A stretch of DNA of 53,402 nt from a virus (IMGVR_UViG_3300015264_000030:1-53402); one strand, 5' to 3'; positions 18,835-29,700 are shown, numbered from the stretch's first letter. The notes: a model not told the origin generated them from the sequence alone. Translations and numbers: made by a program.

Positions 18835-19602
18835 ATGAATGATGCTTTTAGAGAATCTGATACGATATTGTTCCGTAAATCTGTGACATTTCAAACTGGT
18901 TTTGGAATTATAGCGGATGAACCTTTTAACGTGGGTTCTTTGACCACTACTGGTTCTTTTCTTAATACTTATAATCAGATTAGGGCTTATGGGGGTATTA
19001 GTGGAACTGGTGGTTTTATAACAACTGGACAAACTGGAAATTTTTATCCATCTTCCAACCCCAATAATTACATTGATAATTCTGTCTTTAACGGAGATGG
19101 GAATCTTGTGACAATAGGAGGCGATGGCACTCAAGATGGCGTAGGATTTTTCTACATACTAAACTGTCAAGGAATAGGAGTTCTTAGTGCCGTGCAAAAT
19201 GCGTCACTCCCCGATATTGATTTCTTTAACGACCAATTATTGCAAGGAGGATACTTTGCAGACCCAAGTGTCCTAACTTTAGACTGGAATACTAAAGTTC
19301 TAACGGGTGGGGCATGGACGGCTCAAACGGGGTTTAATGTAGGGGGGTCAAATGCTATGACGATTTCTCAATATAGGGCTGGAACGATAAATATACCTAC
19401 TGCCACAACAAGTAAATTTGTGAATTTTTCTTCAAATTTTACGGGCATAAATTATGCAGTAAGTCTTACTTTCGACTCTAATCTTGCAACAGTGAATATG
19501 GCTTCATCAACAAGTAAAACGCTTAGCGGATTCACAATAGGACTTAATGCCGCCGTAGTAGGAGGAGTAAATATTGATTATATGGCTTTAATTTATAATT
19601 AA
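18835..19602 (+). CDS. Fibre-like protein with C-terminal gp53/H-lectin-like domain
   Basis: Probable start ATG 18835; FITTGQTGNFYPSSNP and LDW segments shared with ORF 15574; C-terminus VNFSSNFTGINYAVSLT..KTLSGFTI. Confidence 0.6.
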   Translation: MNDAFRESDTILFRKSVTFQTGFGIIADEPFNVGSLTTTGSFLNTYNQIRAYGGISGTGGFITTGQTGNFYPSSNPNNYIDNSVFNGDGNLVTIGGDGTQDGVGFFYILNCQGIGVLSAVQNASLPDIDFFNDQLLQGGYFADPSVLTLDWNTKVLTGGAWTAQTGFNVGGSNAMTISQYRAGTINIPTATTSKFVNFSSNFTGINYAVSLTFDSNLATVNMASSTSKTLSGFTIGLNAAVVGGVNIDYMALIYN

Positions 19603-19627
19603 ATCCTAAATTTAATATAATAATTCA

Positions 19628-20284
19628 ATGAAAGCTCTTGCAATAGTATATGTAAAAGATACTAATGACATTCTACCTAGATGTTTGGAGGCGATAAAAA
19701 GTCAAACATATAAAGATTTCTCATTGGTTATACATGAAATGAAACCTATTCATTTTACGCATAATCAAAGTATAAATGGTTCTGAAAATGTAGTAAGAAA
19801 TAGAAATTATGTCAGAAAAATGGCTCTGGCTTCTGACGCTGAATATTTTATATGGATAGACGGTGATATAATTATCCCACCAAATACATTTGAAGATTTC
19901 ATTGATATATCCAAAAAACATGGGGAAAAATTATTAGGCGGATGGTATAAGGCAAGATATGGCGACATTTATGTTTCTGGAAGATGGGATGATAATGGAC
20001 TTTTAATAAAAACAAACCAAGTCCAAGAGGGAATAACTTGGTCTCATTTGATAGGCATAGGCTGTTCGATGATTCATCGTTCCCTGTTGGAAAAGCTTGA
20101 GTTTAGGACTGGATGCGACCAGCTCTCAAAAGATGAAAATGGTTTTACCTATTATGTGGGAGATTGTCTGGCCTTTTGCGAGGATTCAAGAAGACTTGGA
20201 GTTCTGCCAAAGTTGGTCGGGTCAATAGTTTGCGAACATATTCACGATAATCAAGACGGACATAAATTTTTGAAATCATCTTGA
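19628..20284 (+). CDS. Glycosyltransferase, GT-A fold (GT2-like)
   Basis: LPRCLEAIKSQTY, RNRN, YFIWIDGDII (DxD), GIGCSMIHR, GDCLAFC and CEH. Confidence 0.85.
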   Translation: MKALAIVYVKDTNDILPRCLEAIKSQTYKDFSLVIHEMKPIHFTHNQSINGSENVVRNRNYVRKMALASDAEYFIWIDGDIIIPPNTFEDFIDISKKHGEKLLGGWYKARYGDIYVSGRWDDNGLLIKTNQVQEGITWSHLIGIGCSMIHRSLLEKLEFRTGCDQLSKDENGFTYYVGDCLAFCEDSRRLGVLPKLVGSIVCEHIHDNQDGHKFLKSS

Positions 20285-20317
20285 TGTTAGATTTGTGGAA
20301 TATATTGCGTTCTAAAT

Positions 20318-20470
20318 ATGTGTAATTATCAATATGTCAAAACGACTCAACTTTATTTAAGTGGACAAGATGTGACTGGATTAGCATTTGAATATCCTTC
20401 AATGGGAGTCGCAATGAGTGGACTATTACAAGATGCTCAAGACTTGATTTCTGGAAAAAAATTGTTCTAA
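20318..20470 (+). CDS. Small ORF (50 aa) or gene remnant
   Basis: MCNYQYVKTTQLYLSGQDVTGLAFEYPSMGVAMSGLLQDAQDLISGKKLF fills the intergenic gap; below the ORF-track cut-off; start uncertain. Confidence 0.4.
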   Translation: MCNYQYVKTTQLYLSGQDVTGLAFEYPSMGVAMSGLLQDAQDLISGKKLF

Positions 20471-20484
20471 TATAACGCAAATTC

Positions 20485-20823
20485 ATGGCAAATTCTTTCG
20501 ACATTTGTATCGAACAGGGAGCCTCGCTGAATATTTCGCTGGTAGCCAGTGACTCAAGCGGGAACGCTATGAATCTGTCTGGTTATAGTGTTAGGGGTCA
20601 AGTAAAATATAGTTTTGGAAGCACGGGAATCATTCTGAACTTATCTCCAAAAGTTGACACAAGTTTCATAAGTGGAATTATCAATATTTCCGTCCCACCA
20701 GAAAATACGAGCGGACTGCCAATTACCAAAGCAGTCTATGACATAGAGGCTTTCAATAGTGGGGATTATTGTTTCAAAGTTATTAAAGGATACGCGAATA
20801 TTTTTCCGCAGGTTTCTTTCTAA
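20485..20823 (+). CDS. Small virion protein, BppU-N/LtfC-like beta-sandwich
   Basis: DICIEQGA...NLSGYSVRGQV...G.I.I....T..L....VYDIE pattern common in phage fibre adaptors. Confidence 0.6.
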   Translation: MANSFDICIEQGASLNISLVASDSSGNAMNLSGYSVRGQVKYSFGSTGIILNLSPKVDTSFISGIINISVPPENTSGLPITKAVYDIEAFNSGDYCFKVIKGYANIFPQVSF

Positions 20824-20824
20824 T

Positions 20825-21214
20825 ATGGATATTGATGTTACAGTTAATACACAACCAATCAATGTTTCTGCAACGGTTTGTCCAGCAGTAAATATCAATG
20901 TTTCCACAATTCCCTCTTTTAATATTGAGGTTGGTATTAGAGGAATTCAAGGGCCTCCGGGTTCTGGTTGCTCTGGTTCATCTACCGGAGTAAATTTCCT
21001 CTACAATATCCCTAGTGGATTTGATAATTATTTGATTGGATTTCCTTTGAGTTTTTCTTCAATTCCTTTTGTTGAAACTACGTTGGAATTGCCCTCCGGC
21101 TCGAACAATTTATACACTTTCGCTACTCAAAATATCACGACAACTGGCTTTAATGTGGTATTTTCGGAGACAATTCAAGAAACTGGCTTAATTCTCAATA
21201 TCAAGTGTAATTAA
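20825..21214 (+). CDS. Short collagen-linked protein with gp53/H-lectin-like domain
   Basis: Probable start ATG 20825; GIRGIQGPPG followed by IGFPLSFSSIPFV...NITTTGFNV. Confidence 0.6.
   Translation: MDIDVTVNTQPINVSATVCPAVNINVSTIPSFNIEVGIRGIQGPPGSGCSGSSTGVNFLYNIPSGFDNYLIGFPLSFSSIPFVETTLELPSGSNNLYTFATQNITTTGFNVVFSETIQETGLILNIKCN
21205..21211 (+). promoter_or_regulatory. GTGTAAT candidate late-promoter motif
   Basis: Within the last codons of the upstream gene, 7 nt before ATG 21219. Confidence 0.55.
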
Positions 21215-21218
21215 CTAT

Positions 21219-21773
21219 ATGAAAGTGGTTGATATAGCTAATGAAATTTATCTTGAGAACGCCTCACCAAGCGATACGTCTATTCCGGCGATTGCTTTTT
21301 GGGTTCGTTCTAACGTGGGAAAATTAAATACGATTCTTTACGAAAACTTCTACATTGACCCAATTACATTAGATATTTACAAGTGTCCTGAATGGAGAAT
21401 TGGTATGATGGCTTCTTCTGTCATTAAGTTGATGTTTAAGATATATCGAATTGACTTGGATATTCGCAATATGCTTTATGCTGTAACTAATGACACCGTT
21501 TTGAAAGCAACCGACCAAGAATTCTCTATTGAGAAAGTCAACAAAAGTGAATTACTAAAAACGCTTACCGCTTTCAAAAAAGAAACTCTTAAAGAGCTTC
21601 AAGAATTAGTTCATAACTATCGCAGCTATCATGGAGAACCTGCTCAAGTCGCTGGCGATGATACTGTTGTCGGTCATTACGTTGGAATTACTTCTCAATA
21701 CACCCGTAATATTGTTGGAGGAGGCGGTGGGTCTAATGATTCAAGTCTTTATGATGAATTTGAGGAAACGTAA
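21219..21773 (+). CDS. Putative head-tail adaptor
   Basis: Helical 184-aa protein, first of four genes before the tail tube; assigned by position. Confidence 0.5.
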   Translation: MKVVDIANEIYLENASPSDTSIPAIAFWVRSNVGKLNTILYENFYIDPITLDIYKCPEWRIGMMASSVIKLMFKIYRIDLDIRNMLYAVTNDTVLKATDQEFSIEKVNKSELLKTLTAFKKETLKELQELVHNYRSYHGEPAQVAGDDTVVGHYVGITSQYTRNIVGGGGGSNDSSLYDEFEET

Positions 21774-21775
21774 TT

Positions 21776-22231
21776 ATGCCAAGTCTTGTAACTGCCAACG
21801 AACAAAGTATCTTGACCGGACTTTTGGATAGCACATTCCAGACGTTTCAAAGAGATATTGTTGTTTGGAAATCTCCAATCAAGATACCTATTTCCGTAGC
21901 AAGCGAACCACAAGGCAGCTTTGGATTTGGAAATGCGCCTGTCGAACAAAAATACGAATATATTCCCGTAAGCGGAGTTTATCCAGCAGTTGTCCGTTAC
22001 GCAAGCACTCGTCATATTGGAGAAACAGAAGTCCTTCAAGGCACAAATTCTTTAAGTCACATTGGAGAAGTTAAAATTAAAGTCAGGCCAGATTGTTATG
22101 ACTTTATTGAGAATGGCATAACTGACAAAATTTCCTTTGATAATCTGGATTTTTATTTTGCTGGGAAGCCTCAAGCTAATCCATTTTTAGGCACACTATA
22201 TTATATTTATCAGTTGAAACCTAAAATTTAA
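21776..22231 (+). CDS. Putative head closure (stopper) protein
   Basis: 151-aa beta-rich protein in the neck position. Confidence 0.5.
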   Translation: MPSLVTANEQSILTGLLDSTFQTFQRDIVVWKSPIKIPISVASEPQGSFGFGNAPVEQKYEYIPVSGVYPAVVRYASTRHIGETEVLQGTNSLSHIGEVKIKVRPDCYDFIENGITDKISFDNLDFYFAGKPQANPFLGTLYYIYQLKPKI

Positions 22232-22232
22232 T

Positions 22233-22865
22233 ATGAGTCTTTTATATTTCAAACTAGACCAAAGAGCTATTCAAAAGTATCTCGAAGAAAGGGTTGCTTC
22301 TGCACCAGAAGTTCAGGCGAAGGTAAACCAAGTGATTGCTAGTCTTTTTGGCAGGGCGCATCAGGCTTTGATGAAGAATTTTTTAGAGCATCCAGTTACG
22401 ATGGAATTGAAAGAAGGTGTGGATGCATCTAATATCAGCAATACATTAAATGGAGAGGGAAATTTGTTTGGATTTTTAGGATTTTGGAATGGTCAAGACC
22501 CGACTTACGAACTTGAGGACTTATTGACGAAAATCAATTATGAAAAAAGTTCGATTCGTAAAAATGTAATCAATTATCGTATCATCGGAATTCCTTCAAA
22601 GAAGGACATTGAATATGCGACAGAAATGAATTGGGGTCATGGGACAAGTTGGGCTTACGCTATTGAGACAGGAATTTTTGAAGGTGATGCGGCATTGAGT
22701 CATTATATTTTCAAAAGTTGGGGAGGTAGCCGTTCCCAAGCTGGATTCCAGATTAAAGGATATGAATATAGTGAGGAGACATTTAATGCTACTCCCTATA
22801 TTTCTGATATTTTATCTAGGTTTCAGAATAGAGTAAGTAACGCAAATGGCAGATTTTTAATATAA
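22233..22865 (+). CDS. Putative neck/tail completion protein
   Basis: 210 aa; SWAYAIETG and terminal TPYISDIL recall HK97 gp10-like proteins; position. Confidence 0.45.
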   Translation: MSLLYFKLDQRAIQKYLEERVASAPEVQAKVNQVIASLFGRAHQALMKNFLEHPVTMELKEGVDASNISNTLNGEGNLFGFLGFWNGQDPTYELEDLLTKINYEKSSIRKNVINYRIIGIPSKKDIEYATEMNWGHGTSWAYAIETGIFEGDAALSHYIFKSWGGSRSQAGFQIKGYEYSEETFNATPYISDILSRFQNRVSNANGRFLI

Positions 22866-22876
22866 TTAAATAAATA

Positions 22877-23710
22877 ATGATTGCACCACAATTAGATAAT
22901 TTGGTTGTTTCGAGCTTTTTGCTTTTTATTGACCACGAAATTCAGAGACAGGGCAACTCCTATTCCAATAAGAGCGGCTTGTTTTATCCTGAACAGAGTG
23001 ACGTTTCTGGACTTTATATTTACTCTTGTCCTTATCTTCAACTTTGTAATGATACTTCTATTAGTGGTGCGAATATCATGTCTGGTATTTATTTGAATGG
23101 TGTTTTTGTTAAAGTGGGACAAAGTGGATTGGTTGCAATAAATCATTATGATGGTGATGTTAAATTTAATACTCCATTGCCAAAAAATACAGTCGTAAGT
23201 GGAAATTTTGCAGTAAAAGATTTTAATATTTATCTTGCTGACCAGCCTGATTACAATATCATCTTATCTGATAAATATTCTTCAAATCCAAAATATGCAC
23301 AGCAGGCAACCGGTATTCCTCTTGGAAATAAAATTATGCCAGCCGTTTTCCTTGTTCCGAAAGAACAGGAGGCAAAAGACCTTGTTTTTGGCGGTATTGA
23401 TGATAATGCAATGAGAATTAGAGCAATGGTAGTATGCGAAAATGTATATCAAAGAGTGGCTGTATGTGGTATTTTGAAAAATTTCAAGTTAAGACAATTC
23501 CCGTTAATTGCATCAACTCCTTTTGATTACCTAGGAAATATGACAGGAATCAACTATAATTATACTGGTTTGCCTTATTACGGCCTATATTCTCCATTTG
23601 TTCGCAGGGCAAAAGTCAACGAAATACCAGAAGTAGGGTCATATACTGATGTAACCAAGCAGTTTGCAATGGTAGATTTCGATGTTTCTGTTTGGGCAAG
23701 CCACTTGTAA
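22877..23710 (+). CDS. Putative tail terminator protein
   Basis: 277 aa immediately before the tail tube; MPAVFL...FGG pattern. Confidence 0.45.
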   Translation: MIAPQLDNLVVSSFLLFIDHEIQRQGNSYSNKSGLFYPEQSDVSGLYIYSCPYLQLCNDTSISGANIMSGIYLNGVFVKVGQSGLVAINHYDGDVKFNTPLPKNTVVSGNFAVKDFNIYLADQPDYNIILSDKYSSNPKYAQQATGIPLGNKIMPAVFLVPKEQEAKDLVFGGIDDNAMRIRAMVVCENVYQRVAVCGILKNFKLRQFPLIASTPFDYLGNMTGINYNYTGLPYYGLYSPFVRRAKVNEIPEVGSYTDVTKQFAMVDFDVSVWASHL

Positions 23711-23775
23711 AAATCCTTTCTCAAAATCCTTATTTTACTGTAATAGATTAAAGAAGACAGAAACAAATAATATTT

Positions 23776-24693
23776 ATGTCCACCACCATTAACAGAATCG
23801 CGTATTTCGCTCAATCTGGTATGCTTACATACGGAACTGGGCAAACAATCACCCTTCCAATTAACTCCGCTAATATCGAAGTAACTCGTCCAATCGAGGC
23901 CATTACTTCTTTCGGCACATTTAATTCTTTGAATGAAGCTCAAACAAATTTAACAACTTGTAAATCAACTTTGAAGGGATATTTGGGTTCTGGTTCTGGT
24001 TTGACAACTTTATCAGCCGCAGTCCTCTCTGGTTTGATTACTTCAACCCAAACTGGAACTGGTGCTGGCGGTATTTCTATTACTGTTTCTCCGGGTGGTT
24101 TTACAATGACTGGCATTCTTACGAACATCGGTCTTGATATTGCGATGGGTGGATTCGGTACGTTTGATTTGGGATTTGCGGGTGTTGGTCAACCAACCAT
24201 CGTTCCTCCAACCTCTGCTCAGGCTGTTGCTGGAACTGCTGCCTTGGCTATTTCTCCTATTACAACAATGTCAGTCGGAACACAGGGTCTTTTGTCTGGT
24301 GCCGCAGCTACATCAATCAAATTTGCTTACGATTTGCCAACGGATGTTCTTTCAGCTTTGGGTGATAATCCAAACGCTTCTCAAGGCAATTTGGTAAGTA
24401 TTATCGCTACAAAGGCTCCTTATAAAACGACATTGAGTGTTGAAGGTTATGGAGTTGACCCAACGATTCTTGATACAGCTTTGGCTGCTGGTGTTTCTAT
24501 TGGAACGATTAACATTGTTCTTCCTCACGGCAAGGTTAATGCTCGTTCATTTAATCAGGCCGCTGGTCAAGCTAGTGCGTCATTTAGTTATTCAGCAGAA
24601 GATGTTTCGGCTACCTTGACTGATATTGTCATTAGTGGTTATCAGCAATCAAACGCAAACATTGGTTCATTTGGCCCTGCTTACGGTGCTTAA
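23776..24693 (+). CDS. Major tail tube protein
   Basis: 305 aa, Ala/Gly/Ser/Thr-rich, followed by a terminator, chaperones and the tape measure. Confidence 0.7.
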   Translation: MSTTINRIAYFAQSGMLTYGTGQTITLPINSANIEVTRPIEAITSFGTFNSLNEAQTNLTTCKSTLKGYLGSGSGLTTLSAAVLSGLITSTQTGTGAGGISITVSPGGFTMTGILTNIGLDIAMGGFGTFDLGFAGVGQPTIVPPTSAQAVAGTAALAISPITTMSVGTQGLLSGAAATSIKFAYDLPTDVLSALGDNPNASQGNLVSIIATKAPYKTTLSVEGYGVDPTILDTALAAGVSIGTINIVLPHGKVNARSFNQAAGQASASFSYSAEDVSATLTDIVISGYQQSNANIGSFGPAYGA

Positions 24694-24711
24694 TCCTAGT
24701 GGAATTACTTC

Positions 24712-24750
24712 AAAAGCCCGCGACCCAAAAGGTTGTGGGTTTTTTGTTTT
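24712..24750 (+). terminator. Rho-independent terminator after tail tube gene
   Basis: Stem GCCCGCGACC / GGTTGTGGGT (G-U pairs) followed by a T tract. Confidence 0.85.
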
Positions 24751-24782
24751 AGGGCTATAATAATGTAGGAACAAGGATTTTT

Positions 24783-25061
24783 ATGGTTGAAGACAATCTA
24801 ATAAAATTACAGGTAGAAAAAGAGATTACTTCTCTATTTAAGAATTATCTTGAACTGGCGGAACATCTTCATTTAGATGAAAAGCAGCACGCTGAACTTC
24901 GCAAGCGCGTGCTTGATAGAGGGAATGATACCATAAGAAATATTTTACTTTTTTTAGGATATTTTGACTTCCAAATCAATCCAGAAAGAGTTAATGAAGC
25001 CGCTAAGAGACAACAAGTAGTATTCAAAAAAACTTTCGTTTCTGAGCCGGTAATCATATAA
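24783..25061 (+). CDS. Hypothetical protein (92 aa)
   Basis: ORF with TATAAT (24756) and AAGGA upstream. Confidence 0.7.
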   Translation: MVEDNLIKLQVEKEITSLFKNYLELAEHLHLDEKQHAELRKRVLDRGNDTIRNILLFLGYFDFQINPERVNEAAKRQQVVFKKTFVSEPVII

Positions 25062-25065
25062 TAAG

Positions 25066-25908
25066 ATGACTATGGAAAAGGCACAGAATAAGTATATTTA
25101 CGAATCAACTGTTCTAAAACAGGTGGAAGATAAAGTCCCAGAAGACCGCATTGAAAATGGCGAAAAAATCGAAGTCATCAAGACTGTTAAGACTGTCAAA
25201 CCAATAAAGATTGCACTTTTGAGGCCAGACAGAAAACGCTATAAAGAGGCGGAAATTTTCTATGCCAAAAGACTTTCTCATTATCTCAAAGAGGGACTTC
25301 TTCCGCACTCTCTCGTTTCAAAGCGTTATCTAAATGATGGCGGGCCTCTTAGTGAGGATGAAAAGAGACTTGTTCAATCATTGCGAGATACCTATGTTCG
25401 ACTTCAAGAAGAATATTTCGATATGAAGTCTCCATTAACAGATATTCAAGCAGAACGTCGCGCAGGAATTATTCTTGAATTAAATGAAATTAACAAAACC
25501 TTACGAGACATTCAGAGTAATTATTCCGATATTTTCTCAAATACTGCTGAGGCCAAGGGAAAATCTGATACTATCGAATGGTGGATTCTGAACATTTCAT
25601 TGGTTGATTTGGAAAGTAAAGAATATAAGCCTCTTTTTGGCAATGGAGATTTTGAATCCCGCATGAAGTTACTTGATGACCTTGAAGCGAAGAATGATGA
25701 ATTCCTTAATGAAATTGTTAAGAAACTTTCATATTTCATTTCATTTTGGCATACGGCTGGCCCTGATATTTCAAATGATGATTTCAAATCAGCAGAAGAA
25801 AACTACAATCTAAGCGTCACTAAATACCGTCTCGAAGAAATTGCCCTTCCGTTAGAACCAAATCCAATGCTTTTAGAAACTATTACCCCTGAAATAAAGA
25901 CCTTCTAA
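25066..25908 (+). CDS. Putative tail assembly chaperone
   Basis: Charged helical 280-aa protein between tube and tape measure. Confidence 0.5.
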   Translation: MTMEKAQNKYIYESTVLKQVEDKVPEDRIENGEKIEVIKTVKTVKPIKIALLRPDRKRYKEAEIFYAKRLSHYLKEGLLPHSLVSKRYLNDGGPLSEDEKRLVQSLRDTYVRLQEEYFDMKSPLTDIQAERRAGIILELNEINKTLRDIQSNYSDIFSNTAEAKGKSDTIEWWILNISLVDLESKEYKPLFGNGDFESRMKLLDDLEAKNDEFLNEIVKKLSYFISFWHTAGPDISNDDFKSAEENYNLSVTKYRLEEIALPLEPNPMLLETITPEIKTF

Positions 25909-25909
25909 T

Positions 25910-26767
25910 GTGGAAAAAATCTACAAAACAATATCAGAGATTGATGAATTAAAACTCATTTATTTTGAGATACTGGATGGTTTCAGCTATGATGTAGGCT
26001 CCTCTCTATACATTAGGCATTTTTCTGATAAAGAGAGTCATTTAGTGCTTCAAAAACGAATTGAATTATCTCGTTATTATGCTTCTGAGGGCGTCCCACA
26101 TGAATCTCAATTATTGTCTAATGCCATTGAAAATGAAGAATGGTCTGATGAAAAAGAAACTCAAATTCTAACTCTAAAGTATCTCATTTCTGATAATGAA
26201 AGAAATTTACCAAATATTCTATGGCAACAGCGTCCATTGATTGAGAATATAATCAAGCAAAAGAAAAATGAACTTGCAGAGCTTCTCTTTGAGAGGAAGC
26301 ATACTTTGGGTAGAAATATTGAAGATTTGGTTGATGAGGACGTTAATGATTTTGTTGTTTATTTATCTATTTTCAAAGATGCTAATTTGAAGAATCATAT
26401 TGATAAGACTTATGATGATTTCCAGCAATGGGAACCCACAAAAATATCAGAATTAAATAATATTCTCATATCTCAATATTCAAAATTTTCAGAAGATAAA
26501 ATTAAAGGTATCGCTATTCTCCCGATGTTCCTAAATAAGCTAAGTTATTCAAAAGATAATATCGGTTCATTTCTAAAAAGACCTGTGGCCGATTTATCTC
26601 ATCATCAGAGTTATCTCTTTTCCTTGGGCGTCCGAAATCTTAATATCTTGGGTTACGCCAAAGGAAATCCACCAGACTTGAGTTTGGAAGCAAAAATCCA
26701 AGATGTAATCCAGTGGTATGACCTTCAATACTCGCTGAATATTGCCAAGAAAAACCAGCAAGAATAG
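25910..26767 (+). CDS. Putative tail assembly chaperone 2
   Basis: Charged helical 285-aa protein (GTG start) directly before the tape measure. Confidence 0.5.
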   Translation: MEKIYKTISEIDELKLIYFEILDGFSYDVGSSLYIRHFSDKESHLVLQKRIELSRYYASEGVPHESQLLSNAIENEEWSDEKETQILTLKYLISDNERNLPNILWQQRPLIENIIKQKKNELAELLFERKHTLGRNIEDLVDEDVNDFVVYLSIFKDANLKNHIDKTYDDFQQWEPTKISELNNILISQYSKFSEDKIKGIAILPMFLNKLSYSKDNIGSFLKRPVADLSHHQSYLFSLGVRNLNILGYAKGNPPDLSLEAKIQDVIQWYDLQYSLNIAKKNQQE

Positions 26768-26773
26768 TGTAAT
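26767..26773 (+). promoter_or_regulatory. GTGTAAT candidate late-promoter motif
   Basis: Overlaps the TAG stop; 20 nt before ATG 26794. Confidence 0.55.
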
Positions 26774-26793
26774 GACTATTGTTAGTTAGACTT

Positions 26794-29700
26794 ATGGCAC
26801 AGCCGTTAATGCAGATGGGTGTTTTAGTAACACCCTATATTAACCAACAAGGATTCAATGCGATGGCAAAATCGCAGGGGGCGAACTTCGCTGCCCAATT
26901 CCAAAATGGTATGGCGAGGGCTGCACAGCCTTTAGGTCGTATTACAGGCCAAGTTTCTGAATTTGAAAAGTCTATGGCTGCGGCCAATGCCCGTGTTTTG
27001 GCCTTCGGAGCTTCTGCTGGTTCTATTTATCTCGTCAAAGATGCTTTTGAAAAGATGATTTCTTCGACAATCGAAGTCGAAAAGAGTCTAGCCAACATCA
27101 ACACAATTTTGCAACTTGGTCAAGGAGCGTTAAAAACATTTTCTTCTGAAATGTTCAAAACTGCTTCAATGACTGGACAAACTTTCCAAACCGCTAGTCA
27201 AGTGGCACTTGAATTTGCTCGTCACGGTGTTAGTGCTTCTGAAACTGCAAAACGTATGACTTCTGCGATGCAGTTAATGAGAATTTCTGGATTAAGCGCG
27301 TCTGAATCTGTAAATGCTATTACTGCTGCAATCAACGCCTTCAATAAGGAGGGTCTTTCATCTGAGGATATTGTAGGTAGATTAACTGCTGTTGACACAA
27401 AATTCGCTGTGAGCGCGCAAGACTTAGCAAAAGCCATTGAGCGTGTGGGTTCAACGGCAACCGAAGCTGGCGTTAAATTTAATCAACTCTTGGGGCTAGT
27501 AACTGCTGTTCAAACGGCAACGGCGCGTGGTGGTGCTGTTATAGGTAACGCTTTCAAATCCATTTTTACGAGATTGGCTCGTCCAGAAGTTTTGAGTGAT
27601 TTGGAAGCTATTGGAATTACAACTAGGAACGCTTCTGGTCAAATTCTTCCGATGGTTGATTTATTAAAGAGACTGGCCTCCCAATACAATACTCTTAACT
27701 ATGCTCAGAAATCATTTGTGACCGAAGCTGTTGGAGGGGTTTATCAAGTCAATATTTTGAAGGCCGGACTAGCAGATTTGGGTCGAGGATTTTCAATCTA
27801 TGATAAGGCTGCTATTGCGGCAAGTCAATCTACTGGTCTTATCGAACAACGTATGGCATCTTTGAATGATACCATTGCTGCGAAACTTAATACAACCACG
27901 CTTCAATTCACAAGATTAGTTTCTTCATTTGGAACTACTGGTTTTGGTTCTGGAACAAAGAGTGGATTGGATTCATTCAACAAACAAATCGAAGCAATCG
28001 GAAATGGTCTTGATGATGTTTCCGAAAAATCTGGATTTGGAGATAAAATTGGTCATAGTTTGGCTCAGGGGGTTGCCAAAGGTTTGGGAGATATTGTCTC
28101 TGGGCCGGGAATTCAAATCGCAATGGCTCTTGTAACGAAAATTGCAAAAGGACTTGGTTCTTTCGCATATCAATCATCAAGGGAATTCATGGGACTCAAT
28201 GAACCCATGAAGCAACAGGCTGCTGTTCAGCAAAGTATTACAGGTTTCTTACAACAAAATGTTGGTTTAGTAAATCAATGGGCTAGAGGTCAACTCAGTT
28301 TGAACACTTTGGTTGGAGTCTATCTCCAAACAATGAAAAATGCTAGTATCGCTCAAGGGCAAATGACAAACATGGTTGGCCGAGCCACTCCTTTAGTTGG
28401 GGGAAGTGTCCATGCGGGTCATGTAGCCGGTTCAAATTTCGTTCCTAACTTTGGATTACCAAATATTCGAGTTGGGGATAAGGCATTAAGCGGATTAGAT
28501 TGGCTTTCAGAACAAGAAGCTATTAAAAAGGCTCTAGTTAGAGAAAAGTCTCCCACGGCAACCGTTGGTTTTTCATCTATAATTGCTTCACCACAAAATC
28601 CTTTGGGAGCATTGGTTTATGATAAAGCTTATCAAAAGAGTCCAGATGATGCTTTTCGTCAGCATTTATTTCTCGGACAAACTGATTTGAAAAATATGGG
28701 TTCTTCAATTAGCTCTAATAGGTTTGTTCCAAACTTCGGTATAGCAGACTCTCTTGCTCTAGGAGCTTTGCAAGGAACTTTTAATAATATCAATGGTGTT
28801 TTAAGTCCTCTTTCTTATCATTATAATAAACAACTTGAATTGGTAAGGAAAATGAATGAACAATATACAGCGTTGACAAGTCAAATTCGCGCCGGTGGTA
28901 TTGTTAAATATAATGGAAATGTTTATGATAATAAAACCGCTTCTGGTGGAATTAGCGTAGCTCAAAATCTACGCGATTTTATGTTGGATTTCAGACAGCA
29001 AAATCGTGGATTTACTGGTTCACCATTAGCTCAAGGTAATCAAAATACTGCGTATGACACATACCGTCAAAATGTTCAAAAGACTCAGGCTAAATTAAGC
29101 ACTTATGCAACATTTGGTATGGTCGGTGCGCCTTTGGCACTTGAAACTGGTGCTAGTTTTGCGAAAAATTTTGGAAAACTTGATTTATCAAAAGGACTTG
29201 AATCATTTTCGGCTGGCGTTACTGAAGCCGGACAACTTCTTTCAACTTTCCCTAATAAGTTGGGTGTTATGCTTGCTTCAACTGCCGGTATTAAGTCTTT
29301 CTCTGATTCTCTCTCAATCATGGTGTCTGGATTTGGAAAACAAGAAAGAGCTTTCGATTTAGCAAGCACTAAAGCTGAAAAAATGGCGAGTGCGGGAAAT
29401 TCAGTTCTTGAAACTTTTGAAAGACTAAGAACGGCTACAACTGATGCAACAGTTACTCTTGACGAGTATCAGTCTTTACAAACTAAATATGCTAAATCTT
29501 TAATGGAACTTGCATCAATTCAGCCTTATGGCGCAGGAATAGTTCAAAAACTTGCTGGTGCCGGAACTGCTGATGAAAAACGACAAATTATTAGTCAAGC
29601 TATTGATGCTCAATCACAAGCAAAGGGGGAGGCCGGTATTAAGATGCAGTTGGCTCAACTTATTGCCCAAAGCTCTGTTTTTGGAATAGGTTATGGAGAA

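Noticed and set aside
22877-24693. Contractile tail sheath or contractile injection system
   Set aside because: No sheath-like gene precedes the tube, and head and packaging genes are present, so this is a phage, probably with a non-contractile tail.
25890-25915. Programmed frameshift joining the two chaperone genes
   Set aside because: The second ORF is in the +1 frame, has a stop at 25895 just upstream, and no XXXYYYZ slippery site is present.
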